Below are positions 9,963 through 15,174 of a DNA stretch of 15,174 nucleotides, piece after piece. Numbering within the stretch: position 1 is the first letter of the stretch; each line of letters begins with the position of its first letter. The translations under genes and the position numbers were made by a program. The stretch lies in the NCBI RefSeq assembly GCF_006345805.1, contig NW_021825949.1, forward strand, positions 1 through 15,174, read 5' to 3'. The DNA comes from Octopus sinensis (taxonomy: Eukaryota). The notes beneath the pieces were generated by a model. It saw only the letters and a program-made list of their open reading frames with translations. It ran no database searches and was not told the origin of the DNA.

Positions 9963-10575
9963 AACCATTTCTTAAACGGAAGTCTATCCTAGATGCAACA
10001 TGTGTGTGCGTGCATGCAAGTCTTTCCGTGTCTCACCGTAACAACCTGTTTTGATTACATTTAAATACCAGTAACATCGGTTCAACAACTTCCCACATTA
10101 TGTGCATTGTGAGAACGTTTCGCTTTTTGTAGAACCTATAGGATGCACAGTGTCTATATTGGCGCTTTTAAAAGGGATCATCCGTCAATGATATATAGCG
10201 CTTTATGAAAAATGCAGCGTTTGCTCCTCTCTACCAGGTCTCGGTTTCATAGTGACTCAAATCGTAAGATCTTATTTATGAGATTGAGCAAAATAATCTC
10301 AAGTCTCTCGTCAACTGAGGAAATGCTTCTCAGTTTTGTTCTTTATTGCTACAAAGTCTTTGCTGTAAGAAAACTCAAGGAAATATTTGATAACTTACTC
10401 TCAAATTTCAAGGGCTATGTAAACACTGGTCAAACGTATATGGTGACCGGTGAAGGATACAGAAAAATCGATGATGTCACATGAAGGCTGCTAAAGAAAT
10501 GCAAGCTATACTATAAATGAGCAGAAGATGCGGAGTGTATTTGGGTGCCAATCTGAGAAGAGTGCAATCTGAGGA

Positions 10576-10728
10576 CATGTACCGAAAGTGATAAAAATCA
10601 AACATCCAGTCAACATCATGGCCTTTCGATTTATCACTAATGATGGCGATGTTATGCCTCTATTCGTCTTCCCACACGGGCTCACACTCAACACGGAGAT
10701 CTACATCAAGTCCCTGGAGGAGGTAGTA
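10576..10728 (+). mobile_element. Tc1/mariner-superfamily transposase fragment (most like the DD37D/maT type), non-functional
   Basis: The frame reads HVPKVIKIKHPVNIMAFRFITNDGDVMPLFVFPHGLTLNTEIYIKSLEEVV. This matches the segment between the first and second catalytic Asp (K.P..vMv...I..dG...P.f.f..G...N...Y...Le..V). Neither catalytic D nor TIRs are visible. Confidence 0.75.
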
Positions 10729-10867
10729 AACCCAGACATGTCCAAGTGTGGGGAGGTTATTCTCTGAAAACCTTCTACTTTTATTAGAACTCCTTTATAT
10801 TAGAACTGGGAAAACGTACTTTGTAAATATAATTCAGAAGTTAAACAATAATAATATTCAACATTTT

Positions 10868-10962
10868 AGTGCATGTACTAGAGCTGGAATGATAAACAAA
10901 TTATTAACATAGGCTCCGCAGAAGGACGACAGGCAAAGTCATGAAGCGTTCCATGTTTATTT
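10868..10962 (+). pseudogene. RNU6: Decayed U6 snRNA copy (pseudogene)
   Basis: 10877-10956 aligns without gaps to nt 24-103 of canonical metazoan U6 (recalled from memory) at 59/80, including a perfect TGAAGCGTTCCAT. The ACAGAGA box has become AAACAAA (10894-10900) and the AGC triad has become AAC (10906-10908). The 5' stem-loop is not recognisable. Confidence 0.85.
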
Positions 10963-11120
10963 CCTTCGTATCGATGTCGCGACTTGGTTCTTTTCTTGTT
11001 TTCCTCACCTCTTCTGCGAAGGCAATTTACGTCCTTCGTAAATATTAATAATTTCAGCCAAATGTATAGCAATGTCTGGGTTTAATATCATGGGATCAAA
11101 TTCCTTATAGATTTTCTAAG

Positions 11121-11292
11121 AGGCACAGACATGGCTGCGTGATAGGGGATTCATTTCCCAAACATTTGGTTCCAGATTCAGTTCAACTGTATGGTACCTT
11201 CGACAAGTGTCTTCTGCTAGAGCCCCAAATTGACCAAAACCTTGTCAGTGATTTGGTAGATGGAAACTAGAAGAAACCCGTCATATATATAC
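11121..11292 (+). mobile_element. tRNA-derived SINE, 5' half (decayed)
   Basis: It starts AGGCACAGACATGGCTGCGTGAT (A-box-like), followed by GGTTCCAGATTCAGTTC (B-box-like) and CAAGTGTCTTCTGCTA...ATTTGGTAGATGGAAACT...CCCGTCATATAT. It is collinear with the minus strand of 13100-13271. Confidence 0.8.
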
Positions 11293-11363
11293 TCAGACAC
11301 ACACTTAGACACACACACGCATGCACACACACACACACAACACACACATACACACGTATATAT

Positions 11364-11700
11364 ATGTTTCCGTATTCAGTCCCACTGCGTGACACCTTGA
11401 ACAAATATCCATTACTATAGCTTCGGGTCAACCAAAGCCTTTTGAATAGACTTAGTAGACGGATACTGAAAGAAGCCCGTCGTATCTATATGCGTGCGTG
11501 TGTATGTATGTGTCTTTGTGTCTGTGTTTGTCCCCCACCACACCACTTGACAACCCGTAAATTAGCGTTTCGGCAAAAGAGAACGACGGAAGTGCCAAGC
11601 TTAAAGATATATTACTGATGTCGACTTGTTCGACTAAATTTCTTGAAGGCGATACCCCAGCATGGCCGCAGTCTAAATGACTGAATCAAATGAAAGACGA
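11364..11700 (+). mobile_element. tRNA-derived SINE lacking the A-box end, with a small internal deletion
   Basis: TTCAGTCCCACTGCGTGACACCTTG...GTAGACGGATACTGAAAGAAGCCCGTCGTAT, then an internal (TG)-type tract, then CCAGCATGGCCGCAGTCTAAATGACTGAA. It is collinear with the minus strand of 12861-13230. Confidence 0.9.
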
Positions 11701-12860
11701 AAAACGATACTTCTCTACCGTTGTTGTTAAATAAATTCCAACGATTGAACTTCGTTTCTTTGTTAAAAACCAGCTTGTTCTATATTGGTAGAATTAAAAT
11801 AATTAAATGGAAAGAAAACATACATACATTCACAAACGTATACATACATGCGTCTGCAGTACACCTTTAGAATCAATAGACGCATGATTGGCGTCAGAGA
11901 GTATTCTTTGAATTTGCAATGATTGCCAACTCCAGCATTAATGCCGCAATTAACAGGTTAGTATTATTCTGATCACATTCATTGATGGAACATTTTATTC
12001 TAGATCATAGCGATATTTTTTCTTAATTTCTATTAAACGTGCAGACAATAACTATAAAAAATTGCTGGATATGACGACGACATCGGAGAAGAGGCGAAGA
12101 AACAACAGAAGCAAAATGAAAAACACTATTGTATTAGATGTAGCTTAAAAAGAAATCGAAATTCTAAAGTAGATATTCCTTAAAGTAATGTATACAATAA
12201 TTATTTACGTAATTGCTATCAAATGACAGAAAATATCCGTCTATTGGTGATGTAAATTGAATGAAATTATATTGATACAAACTCCACCCAGAGTTAATAT
12301 ATTTTCAAAAAACATTTACGCAAACGCGCGAAATTTGTTGAACACAAGTGGGATGCTTTTGGTTGGAATATTGTTATTTTTAAAAGTCATAACAATGTCA
12401 AAAGAAAAATGGACGAACACACAAACACACGTATTTATAGTTGCGATGCCACCACGGGTGACAGCTGACAGAATCCAGCTGCCATTATTTTGCCTTGTAG
12501 AGAACTCACCGTCGTTATGTGAATGTCATATTAGCAGGAGTCATAATAATGAGATTCTTATGAAGATGGAAGCGAAACAATAAAAAAAAACAACAAAAAA
12601 AACAATGAAATGATTATTTGGTTCTTAAATTTCTTGCTACGAGACAGACCAGAATTAACTTAAGAGAACAACTAAGTCAGAGCTGAAATTGATAATCTTT
12701 ACTGATAGAGTTTAATATTTACAGCACAGCGCTGTGCTGAAACGATTGCATGTATTCCTTTTCCTCAAGTTTTAAGCACTACTTTGATGATAGCAAACAA
12801 AAGAAATATTTAAAAATGCAATCATGGATTTGGAAAACGTAGCATATCTATCTATCTCCC

Positions 12861-13452
<592 letters not shown>

Positions 13453-13650
13453 TAAATATATATATGTATGTGTGTATGTGTGTGCATCGCTGGTCAAAAT
13501 GCGCTTCGGATTCCGCCTTGATTTTGCTATTCTTTTTCATCTTGACCAAAAATTGCTTGAGAGAATTGTCTCTCCATCGTTGTGAATACCTTCCAAATAG
13601 TCTTTTTCAATCTCGTGGATACCACTCGGCAACTGTACAATCTGCAACCA

Positions 13651-13654
13651 TACA

Positions 13655-13689
<35 letters not shown>

Positions 13690-13730
13690 ACACACACGCT
13701 CACAGGGTATACACACATGCATATATATAC
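13651..13730. repeat. (CT)n/(CA)n microsatellite
   Basis: Directly visible. Confidence 0.9.
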
Positions 13731-14037
13731 TAATCCAACCTAGCTATTAATCGTATTTGCTCTTCCTTCCACGTTCGGCCTGAATCCTTCCGTTGCTGGC
13801 GACGTCAAGCTTCATGTCCTTGTCACACCATGCATTGACACACGATGATGTTCTTCAAACTGAGCTTACCTTCTGCCTCTGGTACTGCAGTCCTAGCAAC
13901 CTACCTGCAATTTGAGGTTATACTTACACCATCATCTCCGAATATTTCATTGTCCCAAACTGTGTACTTCAGCATAACCATGTTAGGTATTTTGTAATCG
14001 TGAAATCTTAAACCACTGGGATTATGGGTTGCCATAA

Positions 14038-14436
14038 TCTTTATATATAAAAGAGAGGTTGTGTGCTGTCTGTCTCCTACGATTTAGATTCCTAAATACT
14101 CCCACATTTTGCGGTGCAGTTTAACCAAAACCGGGTATCTTATAGTCGTGATTCATATGGAGCTCTTCTGGGTATTAGCGCGCGTCTACGATGAGTCTAC
14201 GATTAAAAAAAAAATTACCATCAATTTTCCCCATTTTTAATGCATTTTTGGCATATATAAGGGAAGTAACTCTCTAAAAATTTATTATTAAATCTCAGAA
14301 CGTAAAAAGCTACAGTAACACCCCCTCCCACTTTGTGGTTAGCCATATTGAGATGGCTATTATACTTTACATCTCTAAAAATGCTTATATAGTTATTTCC
14401 CTTACAAACCCGAGCAACGCCGGGCGATACTGCTAG
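14038..14436 (+). mobile_element. Complete non-autonomous Helitron (399 bp)
   Basis: It has a 5' TC (TCTTTATATATAAAAG) and a 3' CTAG at 14433-14436. A GC-rich hairpin CCCGAGCAACGCCGGG (14409-14424) lies 8 nt before the CTAG. It is inserted between A14037 and T14437 with no TSD. There is no Rep/Hel coding sequence. Confidence 0.9.
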
Positions 14437-14692
14437 TTGAAGATATAACCATAATGGTGCTAGGCTTAGTGAAATTCGAAGCCAATTGAAAAAGTGTTCG
14501 TTCACTTGCCTTCATGTTAATTCACGTAAGAAAGCGTCCGTACAAGAAGAGCCGGGTTTCGAACTTACCTGATTAGACTGATCAATATTATCTTTCTCAG
14601 TTAGTTGTCTCTTTGTTTCTCAGCATTAGTCGTGCTGCCACCGGCAGTAAAGAAGGTGGCATACCTCACCCCACTTCTCAATTTCCCCCGTT

Positions 14693-14768
14693 CTCTCTCT
14701 CTCTCTCTCTCTCTCTCCCTCTCTCTCTTTACCTCTATCTCTTTACATACACACACATATATACATAT

Positions 14769-14815
<47 letters not shown>

Positions 14816-15174
14816 TATATAGTATATATATATATATATATTATAATATATATGGATATATATATATATATGTATATATATATGGATATATATATACATG
14901 CTTACATGCATACGTAATATGTATATACGTATTCATATGGAAAATATATGTGCATGTGTGTATGTGTATATATATATATATACAGTATATATTTCATACA
15001 TATGCATTTATAAATGCATATATAAAATATAAAATATATAACATAGGTTATATATACACATGTATATGTATACTCACAGTCATGTATATATATACACTGT
15101 AGATATATCAGCGTGCATTTATGCCTTGAACAAACACACACACGCATTCACACACTCTCACTCATACATAAATA
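14693..15174. repeat. Compound microsatellite (CT)n/(TA)n/(CA)n
   Basis: Directly visible. Confidence 0.95.

Noticed and set aside
10212-10484. 90-aa ATG ORF upstream of the transposase fragment
   Set aside because: No recognisable domain, and it is not continuous with the transposase frame. The length is compatible with chance.
11847-11886. 9-bp stem CATGCGTCT/AGACGCATG; similar short stems at 787-806 (cUUCGg loop) and 14636-14661
   Set aside because: Short stems near chance expectation, with no pre-miRNA-length pairing.
12257-12583. 108-aa ORF, and a TGACAGCTGACAG tandem motif at 12459-12471
   Set aside because: The ORF has a TTG start and no homology I recognise. The Meis/TGIF-like motif alone is too short to support a call.
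13480-14030. Unique sequence with faint transposase-like (IFGQDE) and RTE-like (GRTWKEE) peptides on the minus strand
   Set aside because: Multiple stops and only 4-6-residue resemblances, which is not enough to call.

Overview
AT-rich, microsatellite-dense non-coding animal DNA, most likely intronic or intergenic sequence from an octopod cephalopod. That assignment rests on my recollection of an octopus tRNA-derived SINE family and was not searched. I find no credible host protein-coding exon. Nearly all ORFs in the supplied track are read-throughs of (TA)n, (TATC)n, (TG)n or (CAT)n repeats. Supported features are: several copies or fragments of one tRNA-derived SINE, a complete 399-bp non-autonomous Helitron, a mariner-type MITE carrying a transposase C-terminal remnant, a separate Tc1/mariner transposase fragment, and a 239-bp TIR element. 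There is also a 67-bp near-perfect inverted repeat, a ~1.17-kb tandem duplication, a TGAGTCA-rich 48-bp minisatellite and a decayed U6 snRNA copy. I see no evidence for a new multi-gene system. The best leads are the U6 relic, the dsRNA-forming inverted repeats and the duplication, which may be an assembly artefact.
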